Assembly (NCBI RefSeq): GCF_006345805.1
Contig: NC_043005.1
Coordinates: forward strand, 34,596,001-34,660,000
Direction: 5' to 3'
Source: Octopus sinensis
Lineage: Eukaryota
DNA length: 64,000 nt
Below, piece after piece: positions 34,589 to 48,050 of this stretch. The translations under genes and the position numbers were made by a program. Under the pieces are notes generated by a model. The model was not told where the DNA came from. It saw nothing but the letters and a program-made list of their open reading frames with translations, and did no database searches. How positions within the stretch are numbered: the first letter of the stretch is position 1; each line of letters begins with the position of its first letter.

Positions 34589-35390
34589 TACTCCATCCAT
34601 GTTACCTTGCCAGAAGATTTTATACCTAGGTGCCTTGCCTGTGAAGACCCTAGCTGCAGCTCCTCCCCATCTTACCTCTTGTATGCAGCATACATCGACA
34701 TGTCTCCTTTCAAGTGTCTCTACAATCTCACTAGACATACCTTTCAGTGTTCTTACATTGACAGTGCCAACTCTGAAAACTGGGAAAGGAATGTGGGGTG
34801 AGGCTTGGGGAAGAGAGATGTTATTCAGCTTCTGAAAAGAAGAGGGAGGTCGTTGTGTTCTTTTTTTCAGGCATGCTTCACCTATTCTCACTTCTGACCT
34901 GACATCATTCAAACATTCAAGCGTTTTAAGATTGTTGCTCCTACTGGAGGTAGGAGTAGGTGTTATTGTAAGTATAAGCATTATGGTCATTGTAAAAAAT
35001 ATATATATATATATATATATACAACTGGGAGGAGAGAGAAGATTTGGGGAAAGATGGAGTGAGGGAGGGAGGGATAGAGGAAAATATTCTCCAACCATAG
35101 ACCTGACCTAGATATTTGCAATGGAGTGGATTCCACAAAAGAAACCGCAAATCTGTAAGAACGTTGGACCAAATGCCTTGCAGTCTACTACTTCTGGCTT
35201 GAGTGGGAGGCTTAATCCATTGCCCAGTTTAAGACTATTACCAGGCACATTAGGTGCCAGTAGCAGAAGCCTTTCTGCTGTTGTGAACATTTGGGCCAGG
35301 TCTGCAGTTTAGAGATTCCTTCCTTCCTCTCTGCCAAGTCTTGGAGGCCTTTCAAAGGATCGTGGATACTATCCTCTCTCTTGAATAAAA
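34581..35390 (-). mobile_element. RTE LINE 5' part (UTR and start of the AP endonuclease)
   Basis: FRVGTVNVRTLKGMSSEIVETLERRHVDVCCIQEVRWGG...YKIFWQGN..GVGGV is the APE N-terminus (GTxNVRTL, IQEVRW). Confidence 0.85.
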
Positions 35391-37414
35391 GACAAAGAAA
35401 AAAGTCCTACTTTACAATAAAATGTGATTGAGAGGTGCTTTGGCTTCTATTTCTAGCAAGGCAAGCAACTGCCTAGGCTCCACTAATGGCTGATTCAGTT
35501 TTCAATTCAATCATGTTCAACCCTTCTACAAAAAGACAAGTTAATATAAATCTCTGATTATTGCAGAAGAAGGATCCAACTCAGAACAGAATAAAACATA
35601 AATGTTTTGGTCTTACTGCTCTTTGTTTTTATTTTTAAACATTTTTTATTTTCTTAGTTTTTTGTCAAAATTTATTCTGGAAAATGTATTATATTTCAAT
35701 AAACTCAGATATTTGCTTCAATTGTTTTTGGGCAATTTGATAGTCTAACATTAAGTACTTAGCATTATATTTGAAGTAGATGTCTTTTTTTTTTTTTTTG
35801 TCTTTTGGAAGAGAAAGAGAGGGATAGAAAGGGAGAGAGGGGTAGATAGGGAAAGAGGGGAGAGAGCAAATAATATATAGTGGGGAAAGGGTGAGAGAAG
35901 GAGAGATTAAAAAGACCGGGAGATAAAGATAGCAAAGACAAATATGAAATACTGTGATGCAGCTGTATGTTCTTGACAAACCCAACTTAACTCCTACTTA
36001 GCTTCAAACCATGTTCAGAGCAAACATTTACATGAGAAACCAGTGAAATAGGCTTCTCAGTAGTTGCTTGACCTGTTAAAAATAGCAGGCAAATTGTTAT
36101 CAAATCATATCCTAGAGTCTTAAAAGAAGGGGAAACATACTGGATAAAATAGTCGAAGCTACAATAAGATTTAAAAGATGACAGAATGGCTGTAGCTGGA
36201 ATACAATATTCAATTGGGTCACAAGGATTTTAACAGTAACACCAACATTTTTGAGAAGGATGCAAAAGTCACAATCACCTATATCTTTATCTCACTAATA
36301 ACAAGTCATTATGTATACATGTGTGTGTGTGTGTGTGTGTGTGCATGCCTGTGTGCATGTGCTTTCCTTTCACTGTACATAGACAGTGGTGACAGTATAA
36401 AGAATAGAAAGCCTGACCAGGTATTTTACAGTATCTTGTCTGATGCTTCGCAGTTCTCAATTGAAAGGAGGTTAAGGTCATCTGTCTCTATTCCACCAAT
36501 GTACAGTGTCAGTCATGTAATAGAAACCTCACTATCACCCATCACCACCACCACCACCACCACAAAATTGACATTTACTTCAATCAGAAAAACCTACTCC
36601 TAACCATTATTAAGGCTGCAGATTAGCTTTTAGAGTTGTGTGGGGAGTATAGGTAGGATCACTGGAGCAGAGGACAAAATACATTGCAGTATTTGTTCCA
36701 GCTTTGTTGTTTCAAGTTCAAATCCTGCTGAAATCAATTTTGCCTTTCATCTCTAATGAGATGAGAAAATACAGTACTAGCAGTGGAGGGGCTAATATGA
36801 TCAACTTTTCATCTTCCCCCAAATTTCTAGCCTTGTGCCTAAATTAAAAACAATTTTAACAGAGAGAGTTTATCCAAACGAAGAACATGCTAGAATTTTA
36901 GCTTCAGACTTCATAGCAGTAACTAGTCATTTTGTTATAATTGGTGGTGGTGTGGAGTGAGAGAGAAGTTAGTTGGCAATATGGTAGAATAACAGTAAAG
37001 GTAGCGAGCTGGTGTTGAGTCATTACTACGCCGAGAAAAATGCTTAGTAGCATTTCTTCCAACTTTAAGTTCTGAGTTTGAATGCCAGAGAGGTCAACTT
37101 TGCCTTTCATCCTTCCAGGGTAAATAAAAAAGTACTAGTTGAACACTGGGTTCAATGTAGTTGGTTTACCCCAACCCTTAAATTTGCTGGCTTTGTGTCA
37201 AAATTTGAAAGCAACATGGTAGAATGATAGTAAACTGTAGGATTTAGTTTTAACTCATTGTTTCGAATTCAAATCTTACAAGGAATAACTTTGCTTTTGA
37301 GTACCCCACCCACTGCTGTAAACAAAATGAATAGTAGTACTTTAGTGGTGTCAATTTATTTATCAGTTCTTTTCACTGCTCTTTCTCCTCCCTATAAAAG
37401 TTAGCCTTATGCAT

Positions 37415-39830
37415 AAGAAAGAGACTGGGGAACTGTATCAGATAGAAGGTAAGCTAGGAGAGAGGTATATCTAGCCAAAGGAGAAGAAGGAAAGAAGTTT
37501 TCCTATGTTCAGCAATGTGAGGACCAAAGAACTGAGGTGTTTTGGATTGCAAGACAGTGTGTTATAGGAGAGAAATGTATCTGTATGGATGATGGTGCAC
37601 TTGCATTTAATGATTCTGCAAAGAAAGAGGCTTGGAAATGCCATTATGAAAGACTGCTGAACATGAAGAATGAATGGGAGGAGGAGAGTCTGCCAAATAT
37701 TGACACAATTGAGGAACCAGCTACCCGAATCGACAGTAGATAAAGCAATTGGTAGATAAAGCAATTAAGGATATGAAAACAGGGAAAGCTCTCAGTCCAT
37801 CAGGAGTCACTGCTGAGATGCTTAAAATATCTGGCAGTGTGAGTTATGCTGGAGTCACTCATATTGTAAATCAGTTGGTTCATGAAGGAGTCATATTCAA
37901 TGACTGGTGTAGCAGCACAATAGTCAACTGCTACAAAAGTAAAGGGTGATGCTATAGAAATAATTACAGAGGTATCAAATTAATGGATCAGGCTATGAAA
38001 GTTATGGAGCGAGTCATAGCCCAACTAATTAGGGAGAGAGTTAGCCTAGATGAGACGCAGTTTGGTTTTGTGTCAGGGAGAAGCACCACTGATGCTATAT
38101 TTCTGGTAAGAGAGCTGCAGGAGAAATACATAACCAAAGATAAACCTCAATACTTAGCCCTTGTTGACTTAGAGAAAGCCTTTGACAGGATCCCATGATC
38201 CCTTATCTGCTGGTCAATGCAGAAACTAGGGATAGATGAGTGGTTGGTAAGAGCTGTACAAGCTATGTACAGGAATGCTACCAGTAAGGTGAGGGTTAGC
38301 AATGAGTAGAGTGAAGAATTGAGAGTACAAGTAGGGGTTCACCAAGGATTGGTGCTCAGTCCCCTCTTGTTCATCATAGTCCTCCAGGCAATAACAGAGG
38401 AATTCAAGACAGGCTGCTCCTGGGAACGCCTCTACGCTGATGACCTTGCACTTAAAGCTGAATCTCTACCAGAACTAGAGAAGTTCCAGGTATGAAAGCA
38501 AGGTCTAGAATCAAAGGGCCTTAGAGTTAACCTGACAAAAACCAAAGTTTTAGTAAGTAGGAAGGCAGAGAAATCACAAATCCATTCAGGTAGATAGCCC
38601 TGCTCAGTCTCTAGAAAAGGCATAGGTAGAAATTCCATAAGGTGCACCCGGTGTGAGCAATGGACACATAAAAGGTGCAGCAATATTAGAAGGATAACAG
38701 GGAAACCAACTTTTATATGAGGAAGATGCACAAGTACAATAAATGTTGAAAATATGCAGAATAGACTCCACCAACTGCCGGGTGGGGGAGGCAAGCTATA
38801 GATAGTACTTCCATTATCTAGGTGACCAAAATAGTAGTGGAGGTGGATGCTCCAAGAGCATAGCTGTGAGAATAAGATTAGGCTGAGCAAAATTCAGAGA
38901 GCTCCTGCCTCTGCTGACAACAAAGGTTCACTCTCTCAGAGTGAAAGGCAGATTGTATGATGCCCATGCAAACAGCCATGCTACATGGTAGTGAAACATG
39001 GGCTATGACAGCTGAAGATATGCATAGGTTTGAAAGAAATAAAGCTAGTATGCTTCACTGGATGTGCAGTGTAAGTGTGCATGTTTGAGAAAAGTTAGGC
39101 ATAAGAGGCATCAGATGTGGTGTACAAGATAGACGATTGCACTGGTATGGTCCTGTGATGCATATGAATGAGGACAGCTGTGTAAAGAAGTACCAATCTC
39201 TAACTGTGGAGGGAACCTGTTGTAGAGGCAGACACAGAAAGACATGGGACAAGGTGGTGACGCATGATCTGTGAACTTTGAGCCACATAGAGGCAATAAC
39301 CAGTGACAGAGAACTTTGGCGATATGCTGTGCTTGAGAAGACCTGTCAAGCCAAGTGAAATTGTAGTCCTGGCCGATATTGGTGTCACGTAACTGGCACC
39401 CATGCCAGTGGCACATAAAGAGCACTGTTCAAGCATTGGGCCTCACGGAGGCAAAGTGGCTGTGTTCTTTCTGAGCATTGGGCCTCACAGAGGCAAAGTG
39501 GCTGAGTTCCTTTTGAGTGTTGGGCCTCATGGAGGCAATAACTGAAACCTTTGGCATGATGTTGTGCTTGAGAAGAAAATCCATCAAGCCAAGCAACACT
39601 GCAGTCGAGGCAGATACTGGTATCACGCAAATGGTGTCTGCCTGTGGTATGTAAAAGTACCCATTACACTCTTAGAGTGGTTGGTGCTAAGAAGGGCATC
39701 CAACCATAGAAAATCATGCCAAATCAAACTGGAGTCTGGTGCAGCCTTCCAGCTTGCTAGCCCTGGTCAAACTGTCCAACCCATGCCAGCATGGACAATG
39801 GACATTAAAAAGAAGAAAAAAAAAGAACAA
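37415..39830 (+). mobile_element. RTE-clade LINE, 5'-truncated, with RT pseudogene
   Basis: Encodes QFGFVSGRSTTDAIF...DLEKAFDRIP, a GVHQG..LSP motif and YADD at 38433-38444, followed by the 3' UTR and tail. Contains stops and frameshifts. Confidence 0.92.
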
Positions 39831-40638
39831 TATTCAAATAAGGAGAAGAAAACTTTCTCCATTACTTCATAAACAAATGTCAAAACATACAAACTTGACC
39901 TAACATAACACAAACGTATCTAGAAATAATATTGAAAGAATAAACTAAAGAATGTTTTTATTTTACTTTCAATCAATAGCTACAATGATGACATATTTTG
40001 ATGTTGTGTGTGTGTGTATACGCATGGGTGCATGTGAGTTTTACAGTAGTGTTTGGTTTAAACCATCAAGCTGTGGTATGGTACCATTGTTTAAGCAACA
40101 CAACTCTTCATGGGACAATTATTCTATTGTGGTTTGCTATAATCCTTTAAATCAATACTTTCTAAAATTCACTTAATTTCTGATGTGGGTGGTTAGGAGA
40201 GACAGGAAAATTAAAGTTCCTTAAAGACAAAAACCAACTAAATAGTCTAGAAGTCCAATACAGTAGGAAAGAAGAAAGAAAGCTCACAGAAGCAGGTTTT
40301 CATTAAGTTTACAAGAAAGAAGTTGGAAGTAATAATCATCTAAAAAAAAAAACAAAAACAAATGACGAATTCCTGCACTATAAACATTTGAAATTGTGTC
40401 AAAAAGATGATGAGTATCTTAAAGAATAGTTGCCAACGCTAGACAGTTAGAAAGTAATTTATTTCAAGTCTGGCTTACATTTGCTGTCAACAGGAATATA
40501 AAATATAACTATGAAATGAGAAATAAACTAATAATGGTGCCTTAAAAAACTGGTGGTATTTCCATAGATATAATAGGTATGATTAGTTTGCAATCATGCT
40601 GTTTCAGATTCCATTCCTCAGCAAAACATCAAAGCATA

Positions 40639-41487
40639 CCAAGTGATACCAAAAAGTTGCTGGACTAGTTCTGTAGTGCACCAACTGATGGTAGTACACA
40701 GTTGCATGCACAGTGAGAGCTAGCAGTGACCTCCATGAGGCAGTGTGCCAAGTGGCATCACTGTGTTTACTTTGCAAGTTGTGAAATTTATGCTTTTGTG
40801 ATCACGTGTATGCTGTAGTCTATGATTTTGTAACAGAGAGGAAGTTGGAACAAAGAGCCAACATGAAATTTTGCATTAAACTTGGGAAGTCTGCTACAGA
40901 GACATTGAGCATGCTTAGGCAAGCTTACAATGATGAGGCAATAGGTTTTATGCAATGTTTTGAATGACAGAGATGCATAATAGAGCCGCAGCTCAACCAA
41001 GAGAATGCACAGTTCTTTTCAACATCTGCGGTATTGTGCATCAAGTATTTGTACTCCAGAGCTAGACCGTCAATCAAGAATTCTACTGCAATATTGGCAA
41101 AAGCAACGGATCTTCACAATGACAATGCCTCTTGTCACTGAACTCTCCTCACTCATGAGTTTCTCACCAAAAATAAAATGATATTGCTTCTGCACCCACC
41201 CCATTCACCAAATTTAGCACCTGTAGACTTCTATCTCTTCACCAAGATGGAAATGCAGCTCTAAGGTTGCTGTTTTAACACTGTTGTCAAGATCAAAAGT
41301 GAATCACAGGAGGTTTTTGACTTGCTTATTGAAAACAACTTTCAGGCCAGATTCCAAAAGTGGCAGGAACACTGGGACCGGTGTATTGCTGTGCAAGGTG
41401 ACTATTTCGAAAGAGATGATGTTAAAAGTTAGGTAATTTATTCTTTATTAAACATAACTAGTCTGGGAAGTTTTTGATACCACGTTG
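40639..41487 (+). mobile_element. Internally deleted mariner-type element with both TIRs
   Basis: The left TA|CCAAGTGATACCAAAAAGTTGCTGGACTAGTT is the inverse of the right AACTAGTCTGGGAAGTTTTTGATACCACGTTG|TA. Encodes EQRANMKFCIKLGKSATET, HNDNA, HPPHSPNLAPVDF and WDRCIAVQGDYFE. Confidence 0.85.
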
Positions 41488-41871
41488 TATATAACCCCTG
41501 GTGAGTGGAAATGGTAGATGAAAATTGTAAGGAAGGCTATGGTATGTGCACATATAAGTGTGTGTGTGTAAGAGAGAGAGAGAGAGGTGGGGAGGGGAAG
41601 AACAGACAGACAGAGAAACTTCCTCCAGTACTTGTCTGACACTCACTGACTCTGGAAACAGAACTGGGAGTGTTTAAGTATGCTCATGACTATACAAGCA
41701 CCTAAAACACTAAGTGGAAGCATGGTATATATTACCAAGCCATACTTGCTCACAGCTGGTTACCGACTATGGTATACGGTATATATTATGCCTGTATATA
41801 TAAATATATGTGTGCGTACGTATATAACCAAGGAGAGTTTAACTAACAAAGATTTATTTTACTTAGCCCTT

Positions 41872-42077
41872 TTAATACCAATCCACCTGAGACCATCCCT
41901 GGTTTTATAATACAAACTTCTTGCTTTAAAGAAATCTAAATTAAAATTTTCCATCAAAGTTTCATGTTAATTGTATACCAAACACCAGATTATTTTATTA
42001 AAGTCTTTATCATTTTCAAAATTGAATGAAACAAATGCAGTTTATTTCAACAAAATATGGTAAGAAAAGGGTCAAAC
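41872..42077. mobile_element. Short MITE-like repeat with piggyBac-like ends
   Basis: ttagcccttttaatacca...tggtaagaaaagggtcaa. A related copy at ~48850-49028 ends tggtaacaaaagggctaa. Confidence 0.5.
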
Positions 42078-42279
42078 AAGGAGTTATCTATTTCATTTTG
42101 GATGTAAATGTCTTATAGTTTATCTAGAACTATGTCTTTACCCATATCTATGTTGTCAGTAAAAATATTTGATAATTATGCACGTAGACTATTATCTAGT
42201 GAAAGTCTTCTTGGTTACTACGGTGACAACACTCTACTTATTTATTTTACACACACATACACACTCACTCACTCACTCT

Positions 42280-42319
<40 letters not shown>

Positions 42320-43556
42320 CCTTTCTGAACAGCAAATTTTTTTCTTGAACCAAATCTTAAATCTACATCACATATTCTCTAAATGAATTTCTCTCTCCCC
42401 TCCTTGGCAACAACAACAACAACAACAACAACCTGTCATTATAGTGAAAAGCTTTTTTAAAGTCTGTGTTGCATTGTCTTTATGTTGAAAGACAGACAGA
42501 AGCACACACGCAGAAATCCACACACATAAACAACCAAAGCAATAACTATCTATTTTTTTTTTTTTTGAAGTCTATGTTGCATTGTTTAGATAGACTTACA
42601 GTTTAAGTTCCCACGTTTTTATTCAAAACTTTTTAGTTACTATGGTGACAACACTACTTATCTATCTATCTATCTATTTTTCAAACACACGTCTCACAGT
42701 ATTCCTCTCTCAACAACAACTTTTCTCCTCCCCATCTTCCTCTCCTTCACATATATCATGTGCTGGACAGAAAGATGGAGATCAGCTTCTCTTTTATAAT
42801 ATAAGATTTATCCTATATCTCAACTTCCTGTCCAGTGAAGAACTACTTCTCTGGAACAACTCCTTTAAGACATTACTTTTGAGTTTTATGAAGTAGATGA
42901 TCGACTCCACAGACTTTAGCTTTGAATATGTAATACTTGATGGGTATCAGAACATACACCTATTTACTAGACAGGAATGTTAACACAGGTATATTTCATT
43001 CTTGCAACTTGGGAAAAGCATACATTATTTAATCTGTATCCACCAGATTATAGCACTGTAGAATTTGTCTAGAATTAACTAACACTTGTACAATGTGACA
43101 GAAGAGCAGTGTAGCATGACTAAAACATTGTAATAAAGAAGTAAAATAACAAAATAGTGAATACAGAGAGCTTCTTACAAAGCAGAAAGGGAAAATTTTA
43201 AACTTTTTAATATTTCTGATAGAAAGGCCCATCCTCAGAAGTAATGAGTCAAAAAATACAAATCATAGTGTGGACAGTGATCCCAATGTCCATGAGATGG
43301 GCTTAATCAAGATACTTGTCTCCAGTAGATATATGGTACTTAATTATAGATAAAGTAAATGGGAGAGTGTCTATGTCAACACTCAACTGGCTAAAAATAG
43401 CATCTTGGCCAAGTGTTTTCTACTACAGCCGCCTCAGACAACCAAAGCCTTGTGAGAGGACTTGGCAGAAGGAAACAGAAAGAAGCCTGTCTCACATACA
43501 CACATGCTATATATGTATTATGTATGTTTGAGTGTGCATGTGTATACTATGTAGGT

Positions 43557-43598
<42 letters not shown>

Positions 43599-43708
43599 TG
43601 CGTTTTTATGTGTGTGAGGGTATATATGTTTATGAATCCTTCTCATGATGATGACGCAAACTAAACAAAACCTTAGTCATGAGCCTGAAGATCTAATATA
43701 TATAGCCT

Positions 43709-45712
43709 AATCACCCGTATAGTTTATCAGGTTGTCCATGAGGAAGTCATACACAACGGTTGGTGCAGAAACATCATAGTCAACTGCTACAACGATAAAG
43801 GCGATGCATTAGACAGGAATAATTAGAGGCATCAAACTGCTGGACCAAGGGATGAAAGTCACAAAGTCAGTCAATTAATTAGGGAAAGAGTTAGTGTAGA
43901 TGAGATGCAGTTCAGATATGTGCCAGGCAGGTGTATGACTGATGCTATATTCCTGGTAAGGCAACTGCAGGAGAAATATCTAGCTAAAAATAAACCACTG
44001 TACCTAGCTTTTGTTGACATGGAGAAAGCCCTTGACAGAGTCCTTTGCTCCCTTATCTGGTGCTCAATGCAGAAGCTAGGGATAGATGAGTGGTTGGTGA
44101 AAGCTGTACAAGTCATGTACAGGGATGCTGTCAGTAAGGTGAAGGTTAGCACCAAGTATAGCAAGGAATTCAGAGTACAAGTAGGGATTCACCAAAGATC
44201 GGTCCTCAGCCTCCTCTTGTTCATCATAGTCCTCCAAGAAATAACAGGAATTTAAGATAGGCTGCTCCTGGAAGCTCCTCTATGCTGATGTGACCTTGTT
44301 CTTATAGCTGAATCACTACTAGAACTAGAGAATAATTTCAGGTGTGGAAGCAAGGTCTAGAATTAAAGGGTGTTAGGTTTAATCTAGCAAAAACCAAAGT
44401 TTTAGCAAGGAGGAGAGCAGACAAATCATAATTCCCTTCAGATAAATGAACCTGCTCAATCTGTAGAAAAGGAGTAGGTAGTAACTCCATAAGATGTATC
44501 CAGTGTAAGCTATGGACATAGAAGAGGTGCAGCAATATCAAAGGAATGTTAACAGGGAAAATAGTTTTGTGTGGAAGGTGCATAGGTACAATTAACACTA
44601 AAAATGTACAGAAAATAGACTCTATAAAATGCCAGGTGGGAGGATAGAATGAGTTTATAGCTTCTGTTACCCAAGTGACCAAGGCAGTAGCAGAGATGGA
44701 TGCTCCAAGAGCATAGCAGCTAGACTAAGAATAAGCTGGACTAAGAATAAGAGGGCCTCTCCCTCAGAGTGAAAAGCAGATTGTACAATGCCTGTGTGTG
44801 AACAGCCATGCTACACAGCAGTGAAATATGGGTTGTGACCACCGAGGACGTGACGGTTTGAAAGAACTGAAGCTAGTATGATCTGTTTTATGTGCAATGT
44901 CAGTGTGCATGTATGACAGAGTGTAAGCATCTTGAGAGAAAAGTTGGGTATAAAAGGCATAAGATGTGGTGTGCAAGAGAGACAATTGTGTATGGATGGG
45001 GACAGCTGTGTGAAGAGGTGCCAGTCTTTAGCTGTGGAGGGAACCTGTGGAAGAGGTAAGTAAACCCAGAAAGAAATGGGACAAGATGATGATACATGAT
45101 CTTCGAATGTTGGGCCTGATGGAGGCAATGACAAGTGTCCGAGACCTTTGGCGATATGCTATGCTTGAGAAGATGTGCCAAGCCAAGTAAAATTGCAGTC
45201 ATGGCCGATGCCAGTATCATGTAACTATGACTTGTGCCAGTGACACATAAAATACACCTTTCAAACATTGGGCGATATGCTGTGCTTGAGAAGACCTGTC
45301 AAGCTAAGTGAAATTGTAGTCGTGGCTGATGCCAGAGTTATGTACCTGGCATCCAGGCCAGTGGCGTGTAAAAAGCAAACTTTGAGCCTCATGGAGGCAG
45401 TGACAAATGACCAAGACCTTTCGTAATATGTCATACTTGAGAAGATCTATCAAGCCAAGTGAGATTGTAGTCATGGCCAATGTCAGTGTTTTGTAACTGA
45501 CACCTGTGCCAGTGGCATGTAAAATGCACCTACTATATTCTTGGAGTGGTTGGCATTAGGAAGGGCATCCAGCTGTAGAAACCATGCCAAATCAGACAGA
45601 AACCTGGTGCAGCTCTCCAGCTTACCAGTTTTCAGTCAAACCATCCAACTCGTGTCGGTATGGAAAACAGATGTTTGATGATGATGATGATGATTATCAT
45701 GATAATTGATGA
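43709..45712 (+). mobile_element. RTE-clade LINE, 5'-truncated, with RT pseudogene
   Basis: ORF 43905..44255 reads MQFRYVPGRCMTDAIFLVRQLQEKYL...DMEKALDRV. The YAD(gt)D motif at 44281 is frameshifted. It ends in a (GAT)n tail. Confidence 0.92.
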
Positions 45713-46184
45713 TGATTACACCAATTCTCTTTGAAAAGAAAGAGACAAATGAGAGATACATTGAATAATATTAAGGTGAGATAAACTATTAGTGAATGAA
45801 ATATAGGCTAGACTGTCATGGTAGGAATGTCTTTTACTCTACATCAGTTCTGTATTGGAGCTGACTTACTGTTAAACAACAGTAACACATAAATATGCAT
45901 ATTATTGTTGTTGTTCTTATTGTTATTACAATTCAGGTTAGCACTGATTGAGCAGATATATGATCAAATTGTTCCAGCCACGACTATCCTACCTTTTTGT
46001 ATATCCAGCACTATGTTATTAAATGTGTTCTTCTCCTACCTCACCTTCTTTTAAGAGAGTAGGGTCTAATTTGAAGAGTGTAGAGCAGCTACTTATAGTT
46101 GAACATGCAGCTATGTAGAGGTGCCCTTCTTGGCACACAGCATATTATTATTATCCAGCCCTTGTGGCCAATAAAAAAGAATTG

Positions 46185-46229
<45 letters not shown>

Positions 46230-48015
46230 GTTATTATTAATTATGTAAATATATGCATGTTTAAAATGTGTGTATGTGTGTGAGTATGAGCATAAGCAAT
46301 TGAGGAAGTGACTGAGATATGGGAAGATAAGTGAATGAATGTTGGAGAGGAGCAGGAGGGGGAGGTGAGGAAGAATTAAAATGGAATGGAGCTGAATTAC
46401 CGTTATCATAACCTTCATCAACTTTATCATTATCACCACAACTATACCATTACCAAATCTCCCACACCCACCAGTCTTTATCACCACTATCACTACCACC
46501 ATCAACCCCACCCCACAGACTATTATGACCACCACCACTAACACTACCTTTTCTTTAGTAATCTTCTAGTCTCTTATATTTTGGTAAAGGCCAAGGGAAT
46601 GATTTATTCAATCTCTAGTTTAGATTCATTACTGAACTAGCTACATCCATGCTGTCCATACACACACACAAATATATACATACACTGTTGTTAGAAGCTA
46701 TATACGGTTGTTATATACACTGTATACACTGCTGACAGCAGCTTCAGGGGAACTAAAATAATATATAAACAAACTGTGATGATTCATATTTCCTTACTCT
46801 AAGATATTTTTGAAATATTTGACTAAAAAATACATACATTACTCACATACACATAGAGACATACTCATACACATTCAAAACTCACAAGTAAATGCAGACA
46901 CAAAAAGACAAAAACACAAAAAAACATGCTTCAAGCAGATATACACACAAACACTCACAGATACTCACACACAAATATACATAAATGCATATGCACACAT
47001 ACATACAGAATTTGTAAATAATCATATAAAAAAGTTATAATTTCTTGCAAAAACCAAAGCTTGGTATTATGCAAGAAGGGAAATAGGAGTGAAGAAATGA
47101 GGGTGAAGATGATAACACAGGTGATGTTTATCACTGTTTTCATTTCCTCTGAGACCTAAGTATTTAGAAAATTAGAATGATAGTTACAGGATCAAAGATG
47201 TTGTCTGCTTGAGAATGGGACAAGCTGCCACATGTTTCCATTGATTTGGCTACATCTTTAATGAGGTATGAAGATTGGGGGAATCAGGTGAACCCAGAGA
47301 TAGGTTTGGGACAAGTCATTTCAGTGTGGTAGAAGGAACACCATCAGAATTAGACACATTGTTAAGGTTGGAATAATTAGTAAAGGTTTCGCTCTTGTTT
47401 TCCATGAGTATATGCAGAGTTGATGTAGACATTTGGGAAAGGGCACTAACGTGTGTGTGTGTGCGTGCGTGTGTGTGCATGTATGTGTGTGTGTGTGCAT
47501 ACAGTCTGGCCTATGAAGTAAAGCAGGCAACAAATACAGTGACATCATGGGTGGGAGTGCTACAAACATCTTGGTTGAGTAATAATGGTTAAGAGATATC
47601 TTCAAGGATAGCAGAGATCCTCTTGGCAAAAAACCATAAGGCTTGGCCACAGAACAGTGAATTTGTAAACTACGTAGTGTATTTATATAAACATATACTT
47701 TTCTTGTCTGGTGGCTGTTAATCAGGTGTTGTGGAGGTAAATGCCTATTGTTTGGTGCTAATGTCATTATAATGACATGGATCAACGGCAGTCTATTTGT
47801 GAATAATGTTTTTAGTTAATCTTGTTAGAAGCAACACAGGAATAGAGTAATGGATTAAATGGAGAAGGGATTACTTAGGTGTCAATATTAGACTTACCAA
47901 GAAAACAGTAGTTTTGTGCAGTTCTTTTAGAAAAGATATAAATTAAAGAGAACTAGATAAGATAGATAGACAGGTATACATATATGTATTATGTATTTGT
48001 GTATATGTGTGCATG

Positions 48016-48050
<35 letters not shown>

